Translations under genes and position numbers: made by a program
Notes under the pieces: generated by a model
The model's database searches: none
Told to the model about the DNA's origin: nothing
Seen by the model: only the letters and a program-made list of their open reading frames with translations
Source: an uncultured cyanobacterium
GTDB lineage: Bacteria > Cyanobacteriota > Cyanobacteriia > Cyanobacteriales > Nostocaceae
Assembly: GCA_963706595.1 (NCBI GenBank)
Contig: OY970166.1
Coordinates: 2,080,001-2,144,000, forward strand
Direction of reading: 5' to 3'
Length of the DNA stretch: 64,000 nt
Shown here: positions 11,390 through 22,120 of the stretch, piece by piece
How the letters are laid out: each line of letters opens with the position of its first letter
Position numbering within the stretch: the stretch's first letter is position 1

Positions 11390-12716
11390 ATGAAACTCAA
11401 CAAATGGATTAATCAAAAGGTAATATCGCCATCCATTGCTATTGAATCAGCATCTGAATATGAACATACTCTCAAAGTGCAGCAATCAATTAAGTTATCT
11501 GTTGTCACACAGTATTTTCCTCCTGACTATGCTGCGACAGGACAATTGATAGAGGAACTGGTAAAGCAATTAGAACAGCAAGGGTTAAATATTGAAGTTT
11601 TTACCAGTCAGCCTGGATATGCCTTTAGCCTAAGTAAAGCACCATGTTTAGAAAAGGTTGATAAAATTAAGATCCAGCGATCGCGTAGCGCTCAACTTTT
11701 TCCTGGGAGAATTCGTGGTAAGCTCCTCAATGGTGTCTTATATACCTTTCGTGCTTTAATATATTTGCTGGCCGCTTGGCGGCGTAACGATGTATTATTA
11801 GTAACTACAGCCCCGCCATTTTTGCCAATTGTGGGTTATATAGCTAATGTCCTCTTCAAACTGCCCTATGTCTGCATAATATATGATCTCTACCCAGATA
11901 TTGTCATATCCTTGGGTGTAGTGTCTAAAAACCACTGGGTAGCAAAACTTTGGCTGGCGATTAATCAGCGAGTTTGGCTCAAGTCTAAAGCGATTGTAGT
12001 TCTGAGTCCGGAGATGAAACAACGCGTTTTAGAACATTGTCCGCAAGTGGCACATAAAGTTTCTGTCATTCATAGCTGGGCTAACCCGGAATTCATCGTA
12101 CCCATTGCCAAAAAAGAAAACTGGTTTGCTTGGAAGTACGACTTAGTGAATAAATTCACTGTGCTTTACTCTGGCAATATGGGTCGATGCCATGACATTG
12201 ACACCTTATTAAAGGCTGCTATAGAACTGCAAAATGAGCCAGTGCAGTTTGTGTGTATTGGTGGAGGAGTCAAACGTGAAGAATTAATTGCACAAGTCAA
12301 TAAATTAGGGCTAAATAATTTCACATTCTTACCTTATCAAGATAAAAAAGATTTGCCCTATTCTCTCACAGCTAGCGATTTGTCCTTGGTGAGTATTAAC
12401 CCCTCTAGCGAAAGTTTAGTTTTACCTAGCAAGCTGTACTCAGCATTAGCCACCGGGAGGCCGCTGGCAGTAGTTTGTTCGCCCTACTCAAGTTTAAGAA
12501 AACTAGTTGCTGAAGCCAACTGTGGTGAAGCATTTGATCATGGTGATGGTCATGGACTGGCTCAATTTATCCGCTTGCTTCAACGTAACCAACAAATGGG
12601 GAAGCAGATGGGTAAAGCAGACTCGTCAATATCTACAATCAAATTTTACGCCTAAAATAATTGCTCAACAATACCTTGATATTTTGCGTCAGGGGTTGAA
12701 AATTAAAAAGATTTAA
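11390..12716 (+). CDS. GT4 glycosyltransferase (WcaI/WbuB-like) with a frameshift near 12620
   Basis: TQYFPPDYAATGQ, YDLYPD, YSGNMGRCH and PSKLYSALA motifs. The C-terminus RQYLQSNFTPKIIAQQY lies in another frame. Confidence 0.85.
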
Positions 12717-12897
12717 GCTTCTCTCTCTTAGCATCGAATAGGAGTTGGGCAGAGTTGCTCAATACTTCAAATAAGTTGGTGTGTCGGATGCATCTATTTG
12801 TGCTATAAGTTGTTCAGGAAAAACAAAATCAAAAAATACAAACGTAGATTGGTGACTAATTTAGTCTCAAGAGATTAAAAATCACATTTTAGTTAAA

Positions 12898-12938
12898 AAG
12901 TATTGACAAACATTCAATACTTACTCTAAACATAGAGT
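12898..12938 (+). promoter_or_regulatory. Putative promoter (TTGACA) overlapped by a perfect 9-bp inverted repeat
   Basis: AAGTATTGA-CAAACAT-TCAATACTT contains TTGACA at 12903 and is followed by ACTCTA-AACA-TAGAGT. Confidence 0.5.
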
Positions 12939-13029
12939 GCTAGTTTTTAGGAGTTGGGCTTCGATGGTCTAATTGATCTCAGTCCCTCCCAACGTAACCT
13001 TCCTATCTTATATATATTAGGAGGTCGAA

Positions 13030-13455
13030 TTGCAGAGAAGGTGTGACCGAAATCGGAAACGTTCCAAACGGAGAGCTATCTATTGTCCTATTCATGGCTC
13101 CTATCTGGATAGTGTGAGTAAAAAATATCGACTTTTTGCTGACAAAGCAGGTCAGTTAGAGCAACGGGGTTTAAGCCGGCGGGCTGCATCGTTGTCAATA
13201 GCCAATCACACAGCCGTTCCTATACAAGGAGAGTGGTTAGAGGCTTTTTGGTGTGAACAGTGCCAGCAAAAAAAGTGGTATTATGTGCGTCAGTCTGACG
13301 ATGGCATATATAACATTTCCTTAGCACCGAGGGAATTATGGCAGCAGGTAACAGGGGTGATTGATCCTCATGGAAATCCTTCTGTGGGCGAGTTTACGCG
13401 GACGAATGCCAAACAGCTTAGTTGTCATACTGTAAATTCTTTTTATTGTCTATGA
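13030..13455 (+). CDS. Hypothetical protein, putative Zn-ribbon (CPIH...CEQC), at the head of the wzm operon
   Basis: A strong AGGAGG RBS precedes the TTG start. The N-terminus is basic, and the stop overlaps the wzm ATG (ATGA). Confidence 0.75.
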   Translation: MQRRCDRNRKRSKRRAIYCPIHGSYLDSVSKKYRLFADKAGQLEQRGLSRRAASLSIANHTAVPIQGEWLEAFWCEQCQQKKWYYVRQSDDGIYNISLAPRELWQQVTGVIDPHGNPSVGEFTRTNAKQLSCHTVNSFYCL

Positions 13456-14294
13456 ATAGTCCAAAAAGTGTTCCGCAGCAAGAGTTAATAATTGAAGCTG
13501 GACGCACAGAGCAACAGTATTGGCAAGATTTATGGCGCTATAGAGAATTATTTTATTTTCTGGCTTGGCGTGACATTTTAGTGAGATATAAGCAGACAGC
13601 AATTGGTATTGTTTGGGCATTAATTCGACCATTTCTGACGATGGTAGTGTTTACAGTCATATTTGGTCGGATAGCAAATTTACCATCAGAGGGTGCGCCT
13701 TATCCTATTCTCGTATTTTCAGCGATGTTACCTTGGCAGTTTTTCGCTAATTCCCTGTCAGAGTGCAGCAATAGTCTAATCAGTAATGCTAATTTAATTT
13801 CTAAGGTATACTTTCCTCGCTTGATAGTGCCGACAAGTGCTGTGGTAGTCAGCTTTGTAGACTTTATGATTTCTGGCATAATTTTATTAGCTTTAATGGC
13901 ATGGTATAACTTTGTTCCTAGTTGGCGAATCTTGACTTTACCCTTATTCATTGCGATCGCCTTTGCTGCTTCAATAGGGGCAGGATTATGGTTAGCTTCT
14001 TTGAATGTCCAATACCGGGATTTTCGGTTTATTGTCCCGTTTATTGTGCAGTTTGGTTTGTATATCTCTCCTGTGGGGTTTAGTAGTAGTGTGGTTCCCC
14101 AAGAATGGAGATTTATTTATTCACTAAATCCAATTGTCGGGGTAATTGATGGTTTCCGTTGGGCAATATTGGGCGGTGAGTCCCATTTATATTTACCAGG
14201 GTTTTTGCTATCTTTGGGATTTGTAGCTTTACTCTTAATTAGTGGTATTTGGTATTTCCGCAAAATGGAAAGAAAGTTTGCAGATGTGATTTAG
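13452..14294 (+). CDS. wzm: Polysaccharide ABC transporter permease
   Basis: RDILVRYKQTAIG, NANLISKVYFPR, YRDFRFIVPF and LNP motifs, with multiple TM helices. Confidence 0.93.
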   Translation: MNSPKSVPQQELIIEAGRTEQQYWQDLWRYRELFYFLAWRDILVRYKQTAIGIVWALIRPFLTMVVFTVIFGRIANLPSEGAPYPILVFSAMLPWQFFANSLSECSNSLISNANLISKVYFPRLIVPTSAVVVSFVDFMISGIILLALMAWYNFVPSWRILTLPLFIAIAFAASIGAGLWLASLNVQYRDFRFIVPFIVQFGLYISPVGFSSSVVPQEWRFIYSLNPIVGVIDGFRWAILGGESHLYLPGFLLSLGFVALLLISGIWYFRKMERKFADVI

Positions 14295-14582
14295 GAGGTT
14301 TAAATATAATCTAGTGTAATTAAAAGGATTGCGAAAATTTATCTCTGAGTCATCTCTTTACAAAACATACTTCGTAGGTTAGATAAATCAGCAGTAGTTA
14401 GCATTAGACAGTCTAGATTTAACAGTATTAAACTTAAAAATCTGGCTGAAGAATTAGATTCTACGGGAATTATAAAAAAAATTGAGTTAAAAAACCGCTT
14501 AGTAGCTTTTTGCTAGCTTTACTAGCTAATTTACTCAAGTGGTAACATCAGCCTCGAAACCGTTCTATGAAAGAATTGAAAA

Positions 14583-15137
14583 ATGACAGATATTGGAGCA
14601 ACAATTTGGTTTACAGGATTAAGTGGTGCTGGCAAAACTACTATCAGTACTGAAGTCGCGAAAATATTACGTAAGCGTGGACTCAAAGTAGAGGTTTTAG
14701 ATGGAGATATTGTGCGCCAAAATCTCACCAAAGATTTGGGGTTTAGTAGAGCAGATAGAGACGAAAATATTCGCCGAATTGGTTTTGTCGCCCAGTTATT
14801 AACACGTAATGGTGTGGTGGTATTAGTTTCTGCTATTTCCCCATACGGGGATGTGCGGCAAGAGGTACGCCAAAAAATTGGTACGAATTTTATTGAAGTT
14901 TATGTCAATGCGCCCTTAGCTACTTGTGAAGAGCGTGATGTTAAAGGCTTGTATAAACGAGCGCGTCAAGGGGAAATTAAGTTTTTCACAGGAATTGATG
15001 ACCCTTATGAACCTCCTTTAAAAGCAGAAGTTGAATGTTTAACTAGTCAAGAAGAGCTTGAAGAAAGTGTAGCAAAAGTTATAGAACAGTTCGATGTTTT
15101 ATTTAGCAATTTAGCTGTATCTTCTGCTTGTTTGTAA
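14583..15137 (+). CDS. cysC: Adenylyl-sulfate kinase
   Basis: WFTGLSGAGKTT, LDGD, RDVKGLY and FTGIDDPYEPP motifs. Confidence 0.95.
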   Translation: MTDIGATIWFTGLSGAGKTTISTEVAKILRKRGLKVEVLDGDIVRQNLTKDLGFSRADRDENIRRIGFVAQLLTRNGVVVLVSAISPYGDVRQEVRQKIGTNFIEVYVNAPLATCEERDVKGLYKRARQGEIKFFTGIDDPYEPPLKAEVECLTSQEELEESVAKVIEQFDVLFSNLAVSSACL

Positions 15138-15221
15138 TTCGCTCATTTAGATCATTAATAATTATGAGAGGAGCATTAATTCTGAGTATGGTTAATGTCT
15201 CTTCCCACCAAATTTGTACCT

Positions 15222-16488
15222 ATGTCAGACACAGTTATTCGCGTTGAAAATTTGAGTAAAAAATATATTATTGGACACCAAAAGGAGGAAAATTATTCTA
15301 CTCTTCGGGATGTGATAAGTAATAAAGTTAAGTCTCTTGGTAGTCTCATTAATTCTAAAGTCAAAGTTGAAAATCCTGCTTTTGAAGAATTTTGGGCTTT
15401 AAAGGATGTATCTTTTGAAATTAAGCAAGGCGATAGGGTTGGGATTATTGGTCGTAATGGTGCAGGTAAGTCAACTTTATTAAAGATTTTAAGTAGAATT
15501 ACAGAACCAACTACAGGAAGCATCAAAATCAAGGGGAGAGTAGCGAGTTTATTGGAAGTTGGTACAGGGTTTCATCCAGAGTTGACAGGAAGAGAGAATA
15601 TATTTCTCAATGGGGCAATTCTGGGGATGGGTAAGGAGGAGATTAAGCGGAAGTTTGATGAAATTGTGGCTTTTGCAGAGGTTGAGAAGTTTTTAGATAC
15701 ACCAGTGAAGCGGTATTCTTCAGGGATGTATGTGCGGTTGGCGTTTGCTGTGGCGGCGCATTTGGAACCGGAGATTTTGATTGTGGATGAAGTGTTAGCA
15801 GTGGGGGATGCACAATTTCAAAAGAAGTGTTTAGGGAAGATGGAAGATGTAGGCAAGGAAGGAAGAACAGTTTTGTTTGTTAGTCATAATATGGCTACTG
15901 TGACAACTCTATGCGAAAGAGCTATTTGGTTGGTTAATGGTCAAGTTAATTTGGCGGGGGATGCCGAGCAAATAACCAGTAAGTATTTAACTTACGGTGC
16001 CGAGCATTCTGGGGAGATAATTCTTAGCAAGCAATCTCAAGAATCAGCGATTTTGGTTTAATAAAGTTTCTTTAGTAGATGCAAAAGCAAATGTTAGCTC
16101 TGTTTTTGATGTACGAGAGCCAATTAAAATTCACATAGAGTATGAAGCTGCACAAACTATTAATGGATTAGAAATTGGTTTTAAGGTGATTAACTCTTCT
16201 GGAATTCCAATTTTTGTTGTGAATAGGTCATTTCATTTGTATTCTGAACTTTCAAGAGGAACTTACTTGGCTCAAATTGAGATTCCTGCTCAATTTCTAT
16301 CTCCTGGTTGTTATAGTATTGATGTAGCATCTCATATTCCTAACGTTGAAATACTGTCTCTTCATCAGTCACTGCTCAGTTTTGAAATTGAAGAAACTGG
16401 TAGCCGTATGGCTTTGTATAAAGGTCGTCCCTTTGGAGTAGTGCTTGTAGATTTTCCTTGGAAAGAATTATCTATAGATAGATCATAA
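15222..16488 (+). CDS. wzt: Polysaccharide ABC transporter ATPase with a C-terminal Wzt_C domain, frameshifted near 16052
   Basis: GRNGAGKST, YSSGM and IVDEVLAVGD motifs. Removing one T from the ATTTT run restores read-through (WFNKVSLVD...) into the 16186-16488 ORF. Confidence 0.88.
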
Positions 16489-16646
16489 TTATAAATATAT
16501 ATATTGACTTATAGGACTATATTCAGTGAGTTAGAAGTTTTAATGAAATTAACAAAAATCTTTTTCAATTTCATCTGCCAAAAATATAATTAAAAACATT
16601 AAAAACCTTCATTCATTTTCAAATCTTACTTTTGAGGAATTAAAAC

Positions 16647-17741
16647 ATGAGCAGTCAGATAAATAATTTTCCTAAAGTTGCTGTGTGGGGATCATATCTA
16701 TGGGGTAATTTTGGCGATGATGTGATGGCAATAATTATAAGTCGCCATTTGAAAGAAAAAGGTTTCCATCCAGTTGTGTATAAACTAGATTCTAAGTTGG
16801 CAAACTATTACGGGATATCCTCGGAGTCGGATGTCGATGTTCTGTTATCCGGTTCAGTTGCTTGTATTGTTGGGGGAGGAGGTCTTTTATGCTCATCTAA
16901 TATAATGGACGATGAGTGGAAAACTTTTTATTTTGCTCTTTTACGGAATCCAATTCCCGTTCATTTCTGTAGTATTGGTGGAGATGGAAATTCGTCACTT
17001 CCTATGCTTACTTTGTATGTTACAAAAGTCTTGATGCTTCCAAATATAAAATCAGCAACAGTTAGGCTAGAATCAGATATGCAAATATTTAAGGAAATTA
17101 AAGTTCCCTGTGAATTTCACCCCGATATTATTTTATCAAGTCCTAAATTTTTTCCTATAAAATCTAAAAAATATACCACAGATATTGACAAAAAGAATCG
17201 CAAACTGTCATTTATTATCAACTTACCGAAGTGTAGGAGATTTAGCATTTTCTCAAAATTAATAAATTTAGCTTCTGGATTATTTAATATTGAAGTGACA
17301 TATTTGAGAACGCATCTATCATGGCTCCAAACCTCTGAACCTCCTTTTCTAGATTACGAATATATTCCTTCCGTATCGCATGAGCAGACTCTTGTATATG
17401 AAAATGTAGAGCAAGTTAGAGATGCTTTGCTTAATTCTGATTTAATTATATCGAGTAAATTGCACGCTGGAGTTTTTGCATTGTCTTATGGAGTCCCTTT
17501 TATATCGATTAATGGTGCTAAGAAAACAAAATCTTTCCTTGATCAAGCAGAAATCAATTCTTCTTTAACAATTGGACGATTCTACTTATTAAAGTTGTTT
17601 TTACTGATTGTGAATAGACAACAAATAATATTTTTGATCGATGCAACCAAACAAAATTCTAGGCTCGTCAGCCTAATGCATGAATGCTTTGGTCACTTCA
17701 ATTTCCTTGATCGATTTTTGTCAGAACATTTGGCAAGATAA
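16647..17741 (+). CDS. Polysaccharide pyruvyl transferase family protein
   Basis: GNFGDD, VGGGGL, VRL, PD and SSKLHAGVFALSYGVP motifs. Confidence 0.75.
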   Translation: MSSQINNFPKVAVWGSYLWGNFGDDVMAIIISRHLKEKGFHPVVYKLDSKLANYYGISSESDVDVLLSGSVACIVGGGGLLCSSNIMDDEWKTFYFALLRNPIPVHFCSIGGDGNSSLPMLTLYVTKVLMLPNIKSATVRLESDMQIFKEIKVPCEFHPDIILSSPKFFPIKSKKYTTDIDKKNRKLSFIINLPKCRRFSIFSKLINLASGLFNIEVTYLRTHLSWLQTSEPPFLDYEYIPSVSHEQTLVYENVEQVRDALLNSDLIISSKLHAGVFALSYGVPFISINGAKKTKSFLDQAEINSSLTIGRFYLLKLFLLIVNRQQIIFLIDATKQNSRLVSLMHECFGHFNFLDRFLSEHLAR

Positions 17742-17886
17742 GCTTGCTACAAATTATATTTCTGGCTGAACTAACTTTAGCTTTAATTTAATTTAGATAT
17801 TGAATCTGATGCTTTTATCTATAAACCGAATACTTTGTACATAGAAGCTGTAAAACCAGTTTTGTAAAAATTTTATATAAATTTAT

Positions 17887-19122
17887 ATGAAAATATTACA
17901 TATTAACCAATCGGATATTATTGGAGGGGCAGGTATAGCAGGCTACCGCCTTCATCAAGGATTATTAAACCAAAACATTGACTCAAAACTGCTAGTTGGA
18001 ATCGCTAAAACTGATAGCGATCGCATAGCGGCTATTCCTCGTAAATTTCGGCTGGAAAACCAACTCCATCGTTTTACAAAGCGTTTTGGACTCAACCATA
18101 TTCATCTACTTAGTAGCTTTGATATTCTTAACCACCAATTTTATCAAAATGCAGATATAATAAATTTTCACAACCTTCATGATAGTTATTTTAACTACTT
18201 AGCTATTTCCAAATTAACGGCAAATAAACCTGGTATTTTTACTCTTCATGATATGTGGAGCTTTACTGGACAGTGTGCTTATAGCTTTGAGTGCGATCGC
18301 TGGAAAACTGGCTGTAGTAGATGTCCTTGTCGCAATGCCTATCCAGTTATTGACTTTGACAGTACGCACTTAGAATGGAAACTAAAAGATTGGGTTTACA
18401 GCAAGTCAAATTTGACTATTGTAACTCCCAGTCGTTGGTTAACAGAGCAAGCTAAAGCAAGTATGCTCAGTCGCTTTCCCATTTACCATATCCCCTATGG
18501 TATTGATACAACGGCCTATCAACCATTAGACCGCCTATTATGTAAAACTGTACTAGATATTCCTGCAAATAAAAAAGTTCTGCTTTTTGGCGCAGCAAAT
18601 CTTAAATATAACCGCAAAGGTGGAGATTTACTTTTAAAAGCTCTGCAAAAATTGCCTCAATCGCTGAAAGCAGAAACAATACTCCTGACTTTTGGTGATG
18701 GATCTGAAACAATCACATCTGAAGTAGGAATTTCTACTGTCAGTTTAGGCTATATTAGTAGCGAGCGCTTAAAGTCTGTTGCTTACTCTGCGGCTGATTT
18801 GTTTATCTTGCCTACCCGTGGTGATAATTTGCCCCTAGTGTTACAAGAAAGTATGGCTTGTGGCACACCAATGGTATCTTTTAAAATAGGTGGTGTACCT
18901 GACTTAGTGCGTCATAATGTCACTGGTTATTTGGCACAACCGGAAGATGCAGAAGATTTTTGTAACGGTATTGTAACGCTTCTAGAAGATGAACAATTAC
19001 GAACAAAAATGAGTGAAAATTGTCGAGCGATAGCCGTCAGTGAGTATAGCCTAGAACTGCAAGCCAAACAGTATATTAAACTATATGAACAAGTGCTGCA
19101 ATCACAATCTTTGTCATGTTGA
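17887..19122 (+). CDS. GT4 glycosyltransferase (WcaC-like)
   Basis: GGAGIAGYRLH, TLHDMWSFTG and DNLPLVLQESMACGTP motifs. Confidence 0.9.
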   Translation: MKILHINQSDIIGGAGIAGYRLHQGLLNQNIDSKLLVGIAKTDSDRIAAIPRKFRLENQLHRFTKRFGLNHIHLLSSFDILNHQFYQNADIINFHNLHDSYFNYLAISKLTANKPGIFTLHDMWSFTGQCAYSFECDRWKTGCSRCPCRNAYPVIDFDSTHLEWKLKDWVYSKSNLTIVTPSRWLTEQAKASMLSRFPIYHIPYGIDTTAYQPLDRLLCKTVLDIPANKKVLLFGAANLKYNRKGGDLLLKALQKLPQSLKAETILLTFGDGSETITSEVGISTVSLGYISSERLKSVAYSAADLFILPTRGDNLPLVLQESMACGTPMVSFKIGGVPDLVRHNVTGYLAQPEDAEDFCNGIVTLLEDEQLRTKMSENCRAIAVSEYSLELQAKQYIKLYEQVLQSQSLSC

Positions 19123-20144
19123 ATGAATTACTATCCAAACTACCTACACCACCACATGAAAAAACTGGATTTCCCTGGAATGACGAAACAGGAAATTTAT
19201 CTATTGTAAATGCTGATAAAACTGTCTATCCAAAAATTAGTATTATTACTCCTTCTTACAACCAAGGACAATTTTTAGAAGAGACAATTCGCTCTGTTCT
19301 GCTACAAAATTATCCCAACTTAGAATATATCATTATTGATGGTGGTAGCACAGATAATACTGTGGACATTATCAAGCAATATGAACCTTGGATATCATAT
19401 TGGGTAAGTGAACGAGATAATGGACAAGCTCATGCTATTAATAAAGGACTTGAAAAAGCAACAGGTGAAATTATAGCTTATTTGAATAGTGATGACTATT
19501 ATCTACCAGGAACGCTATTTAAGGTTGCTGAATATTTTCGCCAATTTCCTCAAACTGATTTGTTGCATGGAATATGTCGTTATGTCAATCAGGAAGGGGA
19601 AAAAATTGGTGAGCAATTTGGTAATATCCAAAAATTAGAGGAGATTTTAGATTTATGGGATGTATGGTGGAAAAAACGGCAATTTGTGCAGCCTGAAGTT
19701 TTTTGGACAAGACGTATTACTGATAAAGTTGGTTTATTTAAAGAAGAACTTAACTATGTTATGGATTATGATTATTGGTTGAGAATATTAGAGGCAGAAG
19801 GTACGGTTGGGAGTGTCAATAGTGAATTTTCTTGCTTCCGATTTACATCTTATCAAAAATCAAACCAAAGTGAAAAAGTAGCAGAAGAATTACTTCAAGT
19901 TGTACATCCAATCCTTTGGAATGTGTCCATTAAAATTCCGTTCAAGAGGAGATTGCTGCTACAAGGAAATTGGTTATACCAAAATGTATTTTTACAACAA
20001 ATTGAAATATCTCTTCAAGCAAAAGATAGTAAATTAACACGATATCTAAAATTATTCAAAATTATTTTCAACTATCCTCAGATTTTATTAACGTCAGCCT
20101 TTAGTAAACGGATAAAATCTGTTTTAGATATAATTCCTGAGTAA
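19116..20144 (+). CDS. GT2 glycosyltransferase
   Basis: ITPSYNQ, IDGGSTD and YLNSDD motifs. Confidence 0.9.
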   Translation: MLNELLSKLPTPPHEKTGFPWNDETGNLSIVNADKTVYPKISIITPSYNQGQFLEETIRSVLLQNYPNLEYIIIDGGSTDNTVDIIKQYEPWISYWVSERDNGQAHAINKGLEKATGEIIAYLNSDDYYLPGTLFKVAEYFRQFPQTDLLHGICRYVNQEGEKIGEQFGNIQKLEEILDLWDVWWKKRQFVQPEVFWTRRITDKVGLFKEELNYVMDYDYWLRILEAEGTVGSVNSEFSCFRFTSYQKSNQSEKVAEELLQVVHPILWNVSIKIPFKRRLLLQGNWLYQNVFLQQIEISLQAKDSKLTRYLKLFKIIFNYPQILLTSAFSKRIKSVLDIIPE

Positions 20145-20183
20145 ATTTAATTCCTACTTTTTGAGAAAGATTAATTTAAGAAA

Positions 20184-21215
20184 ATGTGTGATGGATTACT
20201 TTCCCAGCTTCCTCTACCACCTGATGCTAAAAAAGGATTTCCTTGGACTGAGCAAACAGAAAATTTATCTATTTTAAATGCTGATAAAACTGTCTATCCA
20301 AAAATTAGTATTGTTACACCTTCTTACAACCAAGGTAAATTTTTAGAAGAAACTATTCGTTCTGTATTGCTACAAAATTATCCCAATTTAGAATATATCA
20401 TCATTGATGGAGGTAGTACCGACAATAGTAGAGAAATAATTCAAAAGTATGCTAATTATCTAACTTACTGGGTAAGTGAAAAAGATAATGGTCAAAGTGA
20501 TGCTATCAACAAAGGCTTAAAAAAAATCTCAGGAAATATATGGGCATATATAAATAGCGACGACATATATGAAAAAGGAACATTTTACAAAGTCGCTGCT
20601 GAATTGCAGCAAGATCAAAACACTTACTGGGTTACTGGTTATGGAGAATATATTGATGAAAAAGGTGGTTTTTTGGAAAGACTAATTCCTGCTCCATTTA
20701 CAGGAATGAAAGAAACTCTAATCCGTTGGGAAGGACCCAGAACAGTTGCCATTCAAGTTTCCAATTTTATGTCATCCAAAGTTCTAAATGAATATGGGTT
20801 CTTTGATGAATCTTTACATTATTCTATGGATGCGGAATTTGGTATGCGCTTATTAGTAGATGGAATTACACCGAAAATATTACCAGATGTTTTAGCCAAA
20901 GCGAGATTACACAATCAAAGCAAAACTGTTTCTAAAGGTAGTCTGGGATCTTTTAGAGAAGAAGACTTAAAAATTATCCCTCGATTTATTCCCAAATTAC
21001 CTACAAAAGATCAGATTTATGTACAAAAAAAGATCGCTGAGTGTCAGTATTTTATGGATTTAAGCAAGGTTGCTAATCTTTATGAAACTGGACGGATAGG
21101 TGACTTTATTTCTGCAACATTGAATATGCTGATTGAACATCCATCATATTTATTATATAGAGCAACATGGGGAATGTTTCGCAAAGCTCTAGGTTTGAGT
21201 AAAACAAAGGATTAG
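20184..21215 (+). CDS. GT2 glycosyltransferase (paralog of the upstream gene)
   Basis: VTPSYNQ, IDGGSTD and YINSDD motifs. Confidence 0.9.
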   Translation: MCDGLLSQLPLPPDAKKGFPWTEQTENLSILNADKTVYPKISIVTPSYNQGKFLEETIRSVLLQNYPNLEYIIIDGGSTDNSREIIQKYANYLTYWVSEKDNGQSDAINKGLKKISGNIWAYINSDDIYEKGTFYKVAAELQQDQNTYWVTGYGEYIDEKGGFLERLIPAPFTGMKETLIRWEGPRTVAIQVSNFMSSKVLNEYGFFDESLHYSMDAEFGMRLLVDGITPKILPDVLAKARLHNQSKTVSKGSLGSFREEDLKIIPRFIPKLPTKDQIYVQKKIAECQYFMDLSKVANLYETGRIGDFISATLNMLIEHPSYLLYRATWGMFRKALGLSKTKD

Positions 21216-21217
21216 TT

Positions 21218-22120
21218 ATGTCGATTGGTTCTATTGGACTGAAAATTAAACAAAAATATCAACATGGTTTCGGTACGGCTTATTACCGAGATAGTGTCAG
21301 ATATCGTATTCTCAAGACTAAACCTATTCTCAACGCAAATGATCTAACTTGTGAAATTCATGTTCTGACTTCTGCAAATGATTGGTTAAATTTAGTTTGG
21401 ACTTTAAAATCTTTCTATCATTTTTCCCAGCGTCAATATGCTTTATGTATTCATGATGATGGAACTTTAACTCAAGAAAGTATTACTACTTTGCAAGATC
21501 ATTTTCCAGATGCCCAAATTATTGACAGAAAACAAGCTGATGAAAAGATATTACCATTATTAGAATCCTATCCTCACTGTTTAGAGTTTCGCAAAACTAA
21601 TCACCTTTCACCTAAAGTATTTGATTTTGCTGCATATTTGCAGAGCGATCGCCTATTGCTACTAGACAGCGACATCTTATTTTTTCAATCACCCACCGAA
21701 CTACTCAACCGCATCGAAAACCCAGACTATCAACTCAATACACTTAACGCTGACGTTACCAGTTCCTACACTGTAGAACCAGAAGTAGTAAAAACCCATT
21801 TAGGCTTTGATTTAGCTGAAAGAGTAAATTCCGGGTTGGGACTAATTCACAAGCGATCGCTATCTTTCGATTGGATAGAAGAATTTCTCAGTCTTCCTGA
21901 TATTATTGGACACTTCTGGCGAATTGAGCAGACAATTTATGCTTTATGCAGTTCCCGCTTTGGCGTAGAACTGTTACCCCCAGCTTACGATGTTCACTTA
22001 GAAGGCAGTATTAACGGTTCTCCCTCGCGCCATTATGTTGGCAAAATCAGGCACTTGATGTATAGCGAAGGTATTCGGCATCTCGTACAGAATAAATTCC
22101 TGAAGGAGTTGCAAAAATGA
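21218..22120 (+). CDS. Putative GT-A fold glycosyltransferase
   Basis: IHDDG, LLDSDILFF (DxD), NSG and EQT motifs, within the operon. Confidence 0.6.
   Translation: MSIGSIGLKIKQKYQHGFGTAYYRDSVRYRILKTKPILNANDLTCEIHVLTSANDWLNLVWTLKSFYHFSQRQYALCIHDDGTLTQESITTLQDHFPDAQIIDRKQADEKILPLLESYPHCLEFRKTNHLSPKVFDFAAYLQSDRLLLLDSDILFFQSPTELLNRIENPDYQLNTLNADVTSSYTVEPEVVKTHLGFDLAERVNSGLGLIHKRSLSFDWIEEFLSLPDIIGHFWRIEQTIYALCSSRFGVELLPPAYDVHLEGSINGSPSRHYVGKIRHLMYSEGIRHLVQNKFLKELQK

Noticed and set aside
16040..16070. Programmed frameshift producing two Wzt forms
   Set aside because: There is only a 4-T run with no evident stimulatory structure, and similar single indels elsewhere point to sequence error.
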